Part shown: piece by piece, positions 10,733 to 20,326 of the stretch
How positions within the stretch are numbered: the first letter of the stretch is position 1
Layout: each line of letters starts with the position of its first letter
IMG/VR virus record: IMGVR_UViG_3300035494_000146
Source: a virus
Length of the DNA stretch: 64,000 bases
Strand: one strand, 5' to 3'
Position numbers and translations under genes: made by a program
Notes under the pieces: generated by a model
Databases searched by the model: none
Told to the model about the DNA's origin: nothing
The model's input: only the letters and a program-made list of their open reading frames with translations

Positions 10733-11638
10733 TTAATGTGGTCCGTGGGATTTAAAGTTAGCAGTGTCTGCGGTCATGGATTTGGCATTGATGGCGCCTG
10801 AGGCATCCACACTCCCAAATTGACCACCGTTCGTGCAGCTCATTGAATCGGCCTTTACCAGCCCAGTGAAGGTGGCGACTGGCGTATCGGCCAAGAAGTC
10901 GTTGGTCTTGATCTTCAAGCTGTCGGCGGCTTGGATTGACATGGTCTGACATTTGAAGCTCACGTGTTTCACAGCGGTCCAGTGTATACTGTCCGGCGCG
11001 TAGGCCTCGATGTTCTTGCGGTTGAGACGGAGAAACGTTTTGTCAGCATTGATCATGCCAATGTCCGTGCGGGAACTATCCATGTAGATACGGTTCCCGG
11101 CTGTGTCCTCTAACACCACCTTACCGTCTTTGGTGTTGAATTGATGCACATAACCGAATGGCTCGCCATTGGCCCGGGAGGTAGTGAACGTAACCAGACC
11201 ACCATGCGTGGATATTTCTAGCCGGTACGCATTAGAGAGGTCGTCTTTAATGGGGTTGTTGGGATCGCCTGACCATGCCCACACGGCCGTTTCCAGTCGC
11301 TTTACATTGGCGATATTAAAGTCCATCCAGTAATACTGGTCAGTGTTGCCCATGCGTAAGATGATGACGTCGTCATTACGTCGAACGTTGGGCGGGGTGA
11401 CTCGGTTACCGTTAAGATTAAGCCACTGACAGGGGACGGCACCGTTGTGGAAAACCTTGACAGTTTCCATCCCGTCCTCAGACGGATAGGTGACCACATC
11501 CTCCTGTGGGTTATCAATCACCACCTCTTTATGGCCGAACCGGTATTCAACCGGCACCACACTCACCACCTGCTGACCGATCGCAGCGTTTTCAGCCACT
11601 AACCCCCAGGAATGAAAGTGCAAATGTGAAAGTTCCAT
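10733..11638 (-). CDS. Baseplate central spike / puncturing protein (phiKZ gp164-like)
   Basis: Start likely ATG 11638 (GGAG RBS). N-terminal OB-fold-like region (WLNLNGNRVTPPNVRRNDDV), beta-helix-like repeats, terminal His pair SHGPH typical of metal-binding spike tips; adjacent to SbcC. Confidence 0.65.
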   Translation of the reverse strand: MELSHLHFHSWGLVAENAAIGQQVVSVVPVEYRFGHKEVVIDNPQEDVVTYPSEDGMETVKVFHNGAVPCQWLNLNGNRVTPPNVRRNDDVIILRMGNTDQYYWMDFNIANVKRLETAVWAWSGDPNNPIKDDLSNAYRLEISTHGGLVTFTTSRANGEPFGYVHQFNTKDGKVVLEDTAGNRIYMDSSRTDIGMINADKTFLRLNRKNIEAYAPDSIHWTAVKHVSFKCQTMSIQAADSLKIKTNDFLADTPVATFTGLVKADSMSCTNGGQFGSVDASGAINAKSMTADTANFKSHGPH

Positions 11639-11730
11639 GGACTGACTCCGATTTAGTTTGCGTCTATAGGATGCCTGATTTTTTACCGCCATGGGAAATG
11701 ATATAGAACCTCAACCATGGTCCGAACAAC

Positions 11731-14232
11731 ATGTACCTCATTGAATCAATCGAACTGAAAAACTTCGACGGCATGTGGCTGAATAAAATAGAAAGCTTTA
11801 AAATGACCATCGAGGAAGCCATCACCATTATCCTTGGTCGTAACGGCTGCGGTAAGTCACGTCTAATTGCGATGTTGAGTCCGCTGGCACCGACTCGGTT
11901 TGACATCTTGGCAGACGGACACAAAGCTCAAGTGGTGCGGCTGGACAACGTACGCTACGAATTGCGCAGTGTGAATCGCAACGGCCATATCAAGAACACC
12001 CTGATCAACTTGACCGATAACGTAGTGCTGGTTAAAGACGCCAACAGTGCGGTGTTTAACAAGCTGATCAAACAACTGTTCAATTATGACAAAGACCTGC
12101 ACGATTTGCTCACCGGACGCGTCAAGCTGACTTCGATGTCAGTAGGCGATCGGAAGAAGTGGTTTAGTTCGCTGTCAGAATCTGACCTGTCGTACGCGCT
12201 TACCTTCTACAAGAAGACCAAAGAACACCACCGCGACCTGACGGGTAGTATTAAGTCGCTACAATACACCATTGGCGAGTTGCGTCCGCGAGTGGTGGCG
12301 TCGGAGGAAGAACGCAATGCCCTTCGAACGCGGCTACAAGAACTCCAGCAGGACATCTCCGCCCTTGATCGAGAGATTGACCGCTGTCAATCCAACCCCG
12401 ACGTATCTATCACGAACCTTGAACGAGTGGAAGCCAAGCTCCAACATATTCACAACGAAGTGATGAAGTTGGACATCGCTGTACCACGTAGTTTACAGGC
12501 CCTGTCAACGCGTGAGTTGGAACAGGAGCTGGTAGCCATCGACGCACACTACCAACAAACCCTGGAGCGGTTAGAGGACCTGCAAGGCCGACTTAACAAG
12601 GCCATCCAGGTGACACAGATCGACGTTGGTGAACTGCGCATGCAAGAACAAGAGCTCATGCGCACCAAACAGACACTGGACAACGAATTAGGACAGTTGT
12701 TGTTCCCGGACTTACTCCAATACACTTTGGCTGAACTTTCACACGCCGAAGAAAGCACAGGCAGCTACATTGAAACGCTGGTGAATGGTCTTAAAGCATT
12801 TGCCGTGGACTTTTCCGTTGCGGATTTGCAGGGACAATATACGGCCAAGCAGCAAGAAGTGGCGGTCCTGGCTAATCAACTGACGCAGCTGGAGCGACGT
12901 GAGCATGAGTTAACCATGCGACTCAAAGCATATCACGAGGCCAAAGAAGTAGTTTGTGACCACTGCAACCACACCTTCAAGCCAGGAATGCGTCAGTCAG
13001 ACGTGGCGAGGTTACAGCACGAACTGTCTATTGTCGCCAATGACTTAGCAGTGGTACGTGAAGGGCTGAAGACTGGGGAGAGTGCGCTGAAACAATTAGG
13101 TGAGTTACTGCATGTTAAAGACCGCATCAATGACGTGGGGCGGTATTTCAAATCCTCACGGCCCGTGATGAGCCTATTTAGCTACCTGTCGGTCAATGAC
13201 GCCTTCTCCAAGGATCCGCTGTCCTACTTGCCCAGCATTCAACGATTCCAGACCGAACTGTCTGCCATGGCACGCCGTGCCAATATAGACGCGCGTATAG
13301 AACGCATCGCTGACGAGATCAAGCTGGCAGAGGCCACGCAGGCTGAAGATGTGGATCAGCTCAAGCAGCTGGAGACCGAGCTCAACCAACGCATCAACGA
13401 CTTACTGTCGCGTAAGCACGTTGCCAAGACCCACCTTCAGCTATTCCACGATGTGGAACTACGGCAGCGGCGAGCGGCCGAACTGGAAGCCGAGCACCAG
13501 CGCTATTTGGACGAGCATCAGCGGCTGAGTGATGTGGTGGTGGCTAACATTAAGCAAGAGCTACTGGCTGAGCACCGCCAACAACTCTGGGACCTACTCA
13601 TCACTTGTCGGCAACGTTACGATGAGATGGAACGGGAGCGACTGCGTCTGGAAGACCAGGAGCAGCAGCTTGCGACCCAAGCCACGCGCCTCAATGCGGT
13701 CAAGCACATCATGGAGTCCATGTCTCCCGATTCTGGGGTCCTGGCTAAGTATCTTTACCAATGTATTGAACGCATCACCAACCTGATGACAGAATACGTA
13801 GAGCAAATATGGGGCTATCGTATGCAGGTCCTGCCCTGTGACGTGTCCGATGCCGATATGGACTACAAGTTCCCATATTGGAGCGGCGACGACTCTCGAC
13901 CCAAAGCGGACATTTCCCTCGGGTCGGTAGGGCAGAAGGAAGTGTTTGACTTCGTGTTTGTGTTGGCAGTGTACCGTGCCCGCGGGTTGGAGCGTTACCC
14001 GCTGTTCTTGGATGAGCTGGGTAGTGGTTTCGACCAAGGCCATCGCGCATCCATGATTGACTTTGTGAAGGGGTTATTGGGTGGTGGATTTTGTAGTCAG
14101 GTGTTTATGGTTAGCCACGATCCTGCCAGTCATTTTAAATTGGCTAATGCGGCAAACGTGGTCATTGATCCGGAAGGCATTACGTTGCCACAATCGTACA
14201 ACGAACGCGTCACCATCACGTACGCAGGATGA
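11731..14232 (+). CDS. sbcC: SbcC/Rad50-like SMC ATPase
   Basis: Walker A GRNGCGKS, long coiled coil, Zn-hook CDHC, signature SLGSVGQ, Walker B PLFLDELG, H-loop VSHD. Confidence 0.92.
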   Translation: MYLIESIELKNFDGMWLNKIESFKMTIEEAITIILGRNGCGKSRLIAMLSPLAPTRFDILADGHKAQVVRLDNVRYELRSVNRNGHIKNTLINLTDNVVLVKDANSAVFNKLIKQLFNYDKDLHDLLTGRVKLTSMSVGDRKKWFSSLSESDLSYALTFYKKTKEHHRDLTGSIKSLQYTIGELRPRVVASEEERNALRTRLQELQQDISALDREIDRCQSNPDVSITNLERVEAKLQHIHNEVMKLDIAVPRSLQALSTRELEQELVAIDAHYQQTLERLEDLQGRLNKAIQVTQIDVGELRMQEQELMRTKQTLDNELGQLLFPDLLQYTLAELSHAEESTGSYIETLVNGLKAFAVDFSVADLQGQYTAKQQEVAVLANQLTQLERREHELTMRLKAYHEAKEVVCDHCNHTFKPGMRQSDVARLQHELSIVANDLAVVREGLKTGESALKQLGELLHVKDRINDVGRYFKSSRPVMSLFSYLSVNDAFSKDPLSYLPSIQRFQTELSAMARRANIDARIERIADEIKLAEATQAEDVDQLKQLETELNQRINDLLSRKHVAKTHLQLFHDVELRQRRAAELEAEHQRYLDEHQRLSDVVVANIKQELLAEHRQQLWDLLITCRQRYDEMERERLRLEDQEQQLATQATRLNAVKHIMESMSPDSGVLAKYLYQCIERITNLMTEYVEQIWGYRMQVLPCDVSDADMDYKFPYWSGDDSRPKADISLGSVGQKEVFDFVFVLAVYRARGLERYPLFLDELGSGFDQGHRASMIDFVKGLLGGGFCSQVFMVSHDPASHFKLANAANVVIDPEGITLPQSYNERVTITYAG

Positions 14233-14247
14233 TAGGAACTAGCTCCA

Positions 14248-14601
14248 ATGAAAGCAAAGAACTTCAATCGTATTCCAGCCGACATTTATCAGCAACTGAT
14301 TGGTGAGGCACGTCGACTGAACTTTAGCCGTGTCAGTTTGGCGACCAATATCCCGACCACTGACAACGTCAACCTGACGGTGGCGGTCATGGACGACAGT
14401 GATCTGATGGTGCTCTACAACGATGAGAGTGGTCGTTGTCAATACATCAACAATGCTCGCAGTCTGATGCGTGTATTGACCCACCCGAACACACGACCTC
14501 AAGTCACGGCCAATGCACGCCGACTGCTGGCAATAGAGGCGCCCACCATCCTTGCACATTTGGACAGTAAGGTAACTCATGCACACCGTTCGGTCGCGTG
14601 A
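14248..14601 (+). CDS. Hypothetical protein
   Basis: 117-aa ORF with AGGA RBS, in operon with flanking genes. Confidence 0.6.
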   Translation: MKAKNFNRIPADIYQQLIGEARRLNFSRVSLATNIPTTDNVNLTVAVMDDSDLMVLYNDESGRCQYINNARSLMRVLTHPNTRPQVTANARRLLAIEAPTILAHLDSKVTHAHRSVA

Positions 14602-15046
14602 CGCATTGCCAGGCCGCGACATCCTTAACGCTCCAGAACAAACGGTGCTGATCACCATCAACGTGGTCGGCGCTATGGGGCGCGGTGTGGCATTGTCGCT
14701 GCGGGAGCGGCACCCCGCCATTTACCAACACTACCGCAAGCGCTGCAAAGCCGGGCTAGTATTACCAAACAGCCTAATGAGTTATCGTGTGTCAACCGAG
14801 CGGAGGATCTTGTTGTTTCCTACGAAGATTGACTGGCGGGACCCGTCCCCGCCAGAACTGATTATTGACAATCTCCATAAACTGGCAAACCATTACCCCA
14901 CGTTAAAAATCACCTCGCTGGCACTACCACCTCTAGGGCAGCTCAATGGCCGGCTGGCAGGTGAGGATAAGACGAGGGTACGGCAAGCCATTCATGATGT
15001 GCTTTCAGACATCCCCCTGGACAGCGTGCTCTATCAGGACGAGTGA
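14579..15046 (+). CDS. Macrodomain ADP-ribose hydrolase (DarG/TARG1/Poa1p-like)
   Basis: INVVGAMGRGVA glycine loop, FPTKIDWR, SLALPPLGQLNGRL macrodomain motifs. Confidence 0.85.
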   Translation: MHTVRSRDALPGRDILNAPEQTVLITINVVGAMGRGVALSLRERHPAIYQHYRKRCKAGLVLPNSLMSYRVSTERRILLFPTKIDWRDPSPPELIIDNLHKLANHYPTLKITSLALPPLGQLNGRLAGEDKTRVRQAIHDVLSDIPLDSVLYQDE

Positions 15047-15053
15047 ATTTTAC

Positions 15054-15070
15054 CTCAGGTATATATCATC
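15054..15070 (+). promoter_or_regulatory. Candidate early promoter motif (TATATATCATC)
   Basis: Instance of the recurring TATATnTnATY motif, ~40 nt upstream of ATG 15109. Confidence 0.5.
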
Positions 15071-15108
15071 TTCTTGAATTAGCGCGTGTATCATCAAGGA
15101 ACTTTGAT

Positions 15109-15684
15109 ATGTACCATCCTCACTTCACTGAATACGTAAACGAGTACCTGGATTTAACCCTGCGTGACCTGGATTCGATTCATGTCACGGTTCCTATTTT
15201 TAATACCCCAACAGGCGAACCGCAGCTGTATATATGCAGTGTTGAAATTGGCCATGGGTTTACGGACGGACACCGTGATGTGGCAAGCCGCCTGTTCGAG
15301 CACTACGTGCGTGGACTCGAGCGCAAGAGTATGTCACTGTCAAAGAAGTTGTCTGGCGCCGATCCTGAACAATACAAACACACTAGAGCAAGGCTCACAC
15401 AACACTACCCGCGACCAACCCAGCTGTCCTTGGACATTTGTATCGACACTGACCTGGGTCGTCAATGTGATTCCGAACTAACGTCCTGTGAGCGTACGCA
15501 TTTAGGCGCGCTCTATTCTGCAATCTTTAATGGTGGTTACGTGCTCCACAAAGGCCGGGTCGCCACCTTTAAATCATCGTACTTTGGCCACTTCCCTCAT
15601 TTTAAATTGAAGAAAGTTATTAACGTTATTCCCTATCCGAAAAAGAAAGTACAGAAAAACGAAGAAGCGGCAACCGTCGCATAA
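15109..15684 (+). CDS. Hypothetical protein
   Basis: ORF 15043..15684; ATG 15109 preceded by AAGGA RBS is the more likely start. Confidence 0.65.
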   Translation: MYHPHFTEYVNEYLDLTLRDLDSIHVTVPIFNTPTGEPQLYICSVEIGHGFTDGHRDVASRLFEHYVRGLERKSMSLSKKLSGADPEQYKHTRARLTQHYPRPTQLSLDICIDTDLGRQCDSELTSCERTHLGALYSAIFNGGYVLHKGRVATFKSSYFGHFPHFKLKKVINVIPYPKKKVQKNEEAATVA

Positions 15685-15715
15685 CCAAACCAGACCAGAA
15701 ATCTTGGAGAGACTT

Positions 15716-16564
15716 ATGCTTAACTTGTACACCGTCTTTATTTTCGTGACTACATTGTTCACCAGCAGTATGGCTTCCGCCAATTGGCATCGTGTGGCCG
15801 ACGACATCGTTCGTGCCAGCTTAGACAGCAACACCAACGTGGAAGAGTTGGCCGCCTTTGCGGCCATTGAGTCATCGTTCCGACCAACCGTAAAGAACGA
15901 TCAATCAACCGCCACCGGACTGTTCCAATTCACCAACCGCACTTGGCGGGTGACTGTGCAGCGTTACGGTCACCAGTATGGCATTGCGCGAACTGCTAAT
16001 CGTCGAGCAGCGTACGATAACGCAGTGATGGGGGCCGAGTACCTTAAAGAGAACCGGCGAACGTTACGTAACTACCTCGGACGCGAGCCCACACTGACCG
16101 AGGTGTATATGGCACACTTGCTCTCCCCACGCCGGGCCGCTGAGATCGCTCGCGCCCCCTGGCATCAGAACGTGGCCGATATGTATCCCAAGCTGGCTGC
16201 TGTCAATGGTCGCCTGTTCTACCGCGAAGGTCGAGCGCGTAACGTTGCCCAATTCATTGGTGTATTGAAAGCCAAGATTGATAAGGCACGCAGTACCTAT
16301 GGACCAATGGCCAAGGAAGCGTTAGTGGCATATCTGGATCGCCAAGAGGAGAGGCGACGCTGGCAACAGGAGTTAGTGCTGGCCATGCAATCCACCTGCA
16401 TGCCTGCAGTATTAACCAAACCTGACGTGCGCCTGACACCTACATCCACAATGGTACACAGCACATTCAAGGTCCATTGCAAGTTCCAATCCAAGCGCGA
16501 TCCGCTTGCTCCCGACTGGAACCTGCAAGATGCCGTGATACGTGATCGCGAGTTAGCAGCATAA
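15716..16564 (+). CDS. Endolysin, lytic transglycosylase (phiKZ gp144-like catalytic domain) with N-terminal signal peptide
   Basis: AAIESSF catalytic Glu, TATGLFQF, GAEYL, YMAH motifs; hydrophobic N-terminus LYTVFIFVTTLFTSSMASA; GGAG RBS before ATG 15716. Confidence 0.85.
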   Translation: MLNLYTVFIFVTTLFTSSMASANWHRVADDIVRASLDSNTNVEELAAFAAIESSFRPTVKNDQSTATGLFQFTNRTWRVTVQRYGHQYGIARTANRRAAYDNAVMGAEYLKENRRTLRNYLGREPTLTEVYMAHLLSPRRAAEIARAPWHQNVADMYPKLAAVNGRLFYREGRARNVAQFIGVLKAKIDKARSTYGPMAKEALVAYLDRQEERRRWQQELVLAMQSTCMPAVLTKPDVRLTPTSTMVHSTFKVHCKFQSKRDPLAPDWNLQDAVIRDRELAA

Positions 16565-16569
16565 CACCA

Positions 16570-16612
16570 CCGTGTGGGGGCAACCCCACACGGCAGACTT
16601 TCTTTTTTTTTT
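16570..16612. terminator. Terminator between convergent genes
   Basis: CCGTGTGGGG-GCAA-CCCCACACGG, then long T tract. Confidence 0.8.
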
Positions 16613-16613
16613 G

Positions 16614-17252
16614 TCAGTCGGCAACGAACTCAGGCCGGCTGGCGATGATAGCCATCAACTCATCCACCTGCCTGGTCAGCTCGTCGTTTCTTGCGGTCAG
16701 CGTAGCGTTCTCTTCAACCAGGGAGGTTCTTAGAGCAAGGGCGCCTCGTCGGGCACCTTCTAGCTGCTGATGCTCTTCATGGGTCAGTGGACTCTCCAAC
16801 GGTACCACTGCAACTGTTGCCTTAGCGGACGTGCCTGATGCAGACGATACTAATGACTCCACTTCCGGCAGCAGATAAGTGACATCAGCAGATTCTGGCA
16901 GTGGACCCATCTCAACCACCAACACCGTACGTTGATACGACACCCCAGACATGCCGGGATATGCTTCAATGTACGTGTTAGGGACGTAAACAAACTCGCC
17001 TTCAGAGGAGATCAAGGTGACGATAGAAGCATTGAGGTCCAAGTCTTTCTGGTAGTCGGCCTCACTGATTCCAAACGGTTTGTAGTAGGTGACATAGACA
17101 TCGATGTCGCGTTTGGCCAATTCGCTAAAGCTACGAATGGCGTCGCACCGGTACGTCAATCGATCGCTAAGTACAAACGGCTGATACACTTGGTAAAAGC
17201 CGGACGTATTAATTGGCGGGGTGACTGTACGGCGCGTGGTTAATTGTGCCAT
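16614..17252 (-). CDS. Conserved hypothetical / virion protein
   Basis: 212-aa ORF, GAGG RBS, C-terminal coiled coil. Confidence 0.65.
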   Translation of the reverse strand: MAQLTTRRTVTPPINTSGFYQVYQPFVLSDRLTYRCDAIRSFSELAKRDIDVYVTYYKPFGISEADYQKDLDLNASIVTLISSEGEFVYVPNTYIEAYPGMSGVSYQRTVLVVEMGPLPESADVTYLLPEVESLVSSASGTSAKATVAVVPLESPLTHEEHQQLEGARRGALALRTSLVEENATLTARNDELTRQVDELMAIIASRPEFVAD

Positions 17253-17267
17253 TTATCCTCCTACGAG

Positions 17268-18590
17268 TTAGCCAGCGTTAGCAGCCAGACCTTCCAACAG
17301 CGCGTTGCGTGTCAAGATCAAGTACAGCACGTTCTCATGCGAGAAGCCGATGTACATGTTTCCGTCACGTTCAATGCGCGAAAACTCCACATCAACGTAA
17401 GAATACTCATCCATCTCCTCAGCAGTAATCACCGCCCGCACAAACATGGTCATCCATTCCACAGTGTCCGCCGACATCCGATTGAATTCGATAGATGTGC
17501 TCGGGATCAGGGCATAGTCCGGGAAATAAGCGCTGAGATTAAACACCGCATTCCGGTTATCTTGGCCACCCACCACGGTGAATGCCAGCGATTTAAAATG
17601 CACTGTACCAAACTCTAAATTCTCCTGCACATGCCCGGCTTTAGTGTATTTCACGAACATGTTAGTGACTGCGAGCGCATCATTATATGAAACCAAAGGA
17701 GAGTACAAGGACCCCCTTACTGTTTCATCGGGAATGCTGTTACGGTGCCACATCGGAACGAACACGAACTCGGTGGAGGTGAAGATATCCGGAAACACCG
17801 GTATCCAATCGGGACGACCATACGCGGAATTCTCAAGGATGTAGTCGGCGATGGCTTCTTTGATCACAATCGGGTTTCTACCAGCGATTCCATACACCGC
17901 CACCGACCAGGTGGTGGGAAGGGTCGCAGTTGGATCTTCACGATCGTACCAGTCGTATTCTTTCGAGATCAGGTAGGTGTACGGTACCCCATCTGTCTTT
18001 TCCAGCACTTTGAGGAGATGGTCTGGTTGGTTAAACGTCGCCAACGCGGTCTGTACCACTGACTTAACTTTCTGGAATGTGTCCACGGGCTCAATGGGCG
18101 GAATGACAATGATTTCGTAATCATCATACTGGTTTTGGAACGCTTCGTCAGCAAACCAAATTCGGATGGTGTTTTCTTCGACGCCGGCTTTATCCAGTGT
18201 CCATTGAATATAAGAGGGCATCCAGTTGGATTTGGCCACCACCATCTTACCCACTTCCACGTTTTTAATGTCGACGCCGAATTGGGTGAGTAGTAGTTGA
18301 CGAAACGCTTCAGGATCGTCGTTGATGGTATTACTGACTGCGTTATTAAACACCCACTGAGCAATCGTCAGGACGTGACTGTGAAACGCGGCCGGTGTGG
18401 TGATCACATTACCGTCTCGTTCACTGGTGAACGTTACCAGCTGAACATTCGGCGCGTCCGCTTTGTTATAGAAGCCCTTTTCGCGGGCGTAACTTTCTGA
18501 TACGCTCGACAATTCACCAAGAGGAGACACGAGGTTAGGCGTGTTGTTTGCCAACGCAGTAATGGATATAAACCCTTTCAAGGTAAACAT
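17268..18590 (-). CDS. Conserved virion structural protein of phiKZ-like phages
   Basis: Start at ATG 18590 (GGAG RBS; MFTLKGF...SPLGELS), an N-terminus I recognise from phiKZ-like virion proteins. Confidence 0.6.
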   Translation of the reverse strand: MFTLKGFISITALANNTPNLVSPLGELSSVSESYAREKGFYNKADAPNVQLVTFTSERDGNVITTPAAFHSHVLTIAQWVFNNAVSNTINDDPEAFRQLLLTQFGVDIKNVEVGKMVVAKSNWMPSYIQWTLDKAGVEENTIRIWFADEAFQNQYDDYEIIVIPPIEPVDTFQKVKSVVQTALATFNQPDHLLKVLEKTDGVPYTYLISKEYDWYDREDPTATLPTTWSVAVYGIAGRNPIVIKEAIADYILENSAYGRPDWIPVFPDIFTSTEFVFVPMWHRNSIPDETVRGSLYSPLVSYNDALAVTNMFVKYTKAGHVQENLEFGTVHFKSLAFTVVGGQDNRNAVFNLSAYFPDYALIPSTSIEFNRMSADTVEWMTMFVRAVITAEEMDEYSYVDVEFSRIERDGNMYIGFSHENVLYLILTRNALLEGLAANAG

Positions 18591-18649
18591 AAATGCACTC
18601 CAAAGCCATTTTTTAATAGGTAACACATGAAATAGAAGGTAAAACTGAT

Positions 18650-19066
18650 ATGGGAGCCTTATCTTGGATAAAAGTACTTCTTCCGATTCTCTTGGAGTAC
18701 GGCAAAGAGATCCTCAATCCTCAGGCAGAGAACAAGCGCAGTACGGTACTGGAACGCGTTAGCGTACTGGTGATCGTCAGCCTGTTCTGCATGCTGGTGT
18801 ATGTTGGTGAGCAGTTCTTCGTCTTGCATGGCGAGAACGTCCGGCTGAACACCACCATCGCGCACCTGAATGACACCGTCGAGGCTCAACAACTGCGTAT
18901 CGGCGAATTGGTGCATGCGCATTCACGATCAGCTGTTGAAGAGCCGCCTAAGACGCCCGAGCCATATGATAAACGCGGTGACCGCAATCGGCTCGTTGTC
19001 AGAGAGGAGGATACACGGACAGTGAATCAGGATCGGATGATCGACTGGATCAACGGAACAAACTGA
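18650..19066 (+). CDS. Inner-membrane spanin (Rz-like) candidate
   Basis: Single TM segment VSVLVIVSLFCMLVYVG followed by coiled coil; directly upstream of a lipoprotein gene. Confidence 0.6.
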   Translation: MGALSWIKVLLPILLEYGKEILNPQAENKRSTVLERVSVLVIVSLFCMLVYVGEQFFVLHGENVRLNTTIAHLNDTVEAQQLRIGELVHAHSRSAVEEPPKTPEPYDKRGDRNRLVVREEDTRTVNQDRMIDWINGTN

Positions 19067-19070
19067 GGTA

Positions 19071-19520
19071 ATGATGAGATTACTTTTGGCGTTGCTCATA
19101 GTGGCGCAGTTGGGGGGCTGCGTCCTAAACCGAGATACGACCACTATCCCTATCGGTATAGTTACCCAACCACCCCAATTAATCACGCAGAGGGAAGACT
19201 CACCCACGCGTGAAGAGATCCGCCAGTACGCAGATGACATGAACCTGTACTTGGGTTATTTATTTGCTTACACGAAAAACCTGAACCAGTACGCAGTCAG
19301 CTTAGGATGGACGCCCCCTGCCGATCCAGCGCTCTGTCGTCTCACTGAACCGCCGCAGCTGGAGCCATTCCCCACGTTTGAGCGACGCCGTCAAGGACGT
19401 CGTGACGACTTCGAGTGGGACCTGACCGACTTTATTCGCGAGTTGCGACTGCGTCATAATCGCGACGTGGTCACAGTGCGCAGGGCCTACCAGACCCAAT
19501 TAAAGTTTTGCGTATATTAA
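19071..19520 (+). CDS. Outer-membrane lipoprotein spanin (Rz1-like) candidate
   Basis: Signal MMRLLLALLIVAQLGG-C with lipobox LGGC; Pro-rich mature part, extra Cys. Confidence 0.65.
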   Translation: MMRLLLALLIVAQLGGCVLNRDTTTIPIGIVTQPPQLITQREDSPTREEIRQYADDMNLYLGYLFAYTKNLNQYAVSLGWTPPADPALCRLTEPPQLEPFPTFERRRQGRRDDFEWDLTDFIRELRLRHNRDVVTVRRAYQTQLKFCVY

Positions 19521-19528
19521 CCAACGTG

Positions 19529-19562
19529 CGATGGGGACTTCGGTCCCCATCGTTATTTTTAT
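19529..19562 (+). terminator. Intrinsic terminator
   Basis: CGATGGGGAC-TTCG-GTCCCCATCG plus T-rich tail. Confidence 0.85.
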
Positions 19563-19615
19563 TTATTACTAAGTTATCGATACTATAGACCCCGCTAACT
19601 TTGGATTAGTTCATT

Positions 19616-20326
19616 ATGCGTATAACGATTCCCAGATACACAGTCGGCGCGGACATTGAGACCAAGGACACTGAAGCCTCTGCCTACCTCCTGTCCGTTG
19701 GTGCGGTGATGTTCGATAACTACACCTTGAAGCCGGTTAGTGTGCTAAACGTGACCTTCGATCCCGAGGACCCTGAACAGGCCAGTCGCACTAGCAGCCC
19801 TCAGACCCTCGACTGGTGGGCCGGGCGCGGCGAAGGCCACCCCACACAGTTGGCACACGACATGACCTGGCATGGACGCACGACCTTCAACGAAGGCATG
19901 AAACAGGTCGACAGTTACTTCCGATCGCTTCCTTACGGCAAGTTTGCCATGCCGATGAAGGGGCCGGACTTTGACTATGTGATTCTTCGCCATGCGTTGC
20001 GGCAGTTAGGTATGTACCGTACCCCACTCCATGCCCGCCCTCTAGACTCATCTCGGACCGTGGAGCGTGTTAATCACGGTCTGGAAATACCCCCGATTAG
20101 TGACATCGAAATACAGCGATTCTGGAACTACCCGGAACGGATTCCGCATGTGGCGGTATATGACGCCGGCTATGAAGGGTACGAAACTGCACGCATGTAC
20201 CATTGTCTGCACTTAATAAAAACCATCGGTTACGATGGTATGTTAAAAGAAGTCGAAAAGTGGACTTCTGTTTCTGACAGTATTATTCCGATAGTGGAAC
20301 CTGAGCATGATAACCCAACCTCTTAA
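19616..20326 (+). CDS. DEDDh 3'-5' exonuclease (DnaQ/RNase T superfamily)
   Basis: ADIETKD (Exo I), KGPDFD (Exo II), HVAVYDA (Exo III). Confidence 0.8.
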   Translation: MRITIPRYTVGADIETKDTEASAYLLSVGAVMFDNYTLKPVSVLNVTFDPEDPEQASRTSSPQTLDWWAGRGEGHPTQLAHDMTWHGRTTFNEGMKQVDSYFRSLPYGKFAMPMKGPDFDYVILRHALRQLGMYRTPLHARPLDSSRTVERVNHGLEIPPISDIEIQRFWNYPERIPHVAVYDAGYEGYETARMYHCLHLIKTIGYDGMLKEVEKWTSVSDSIIPIVEPEHDNPTS

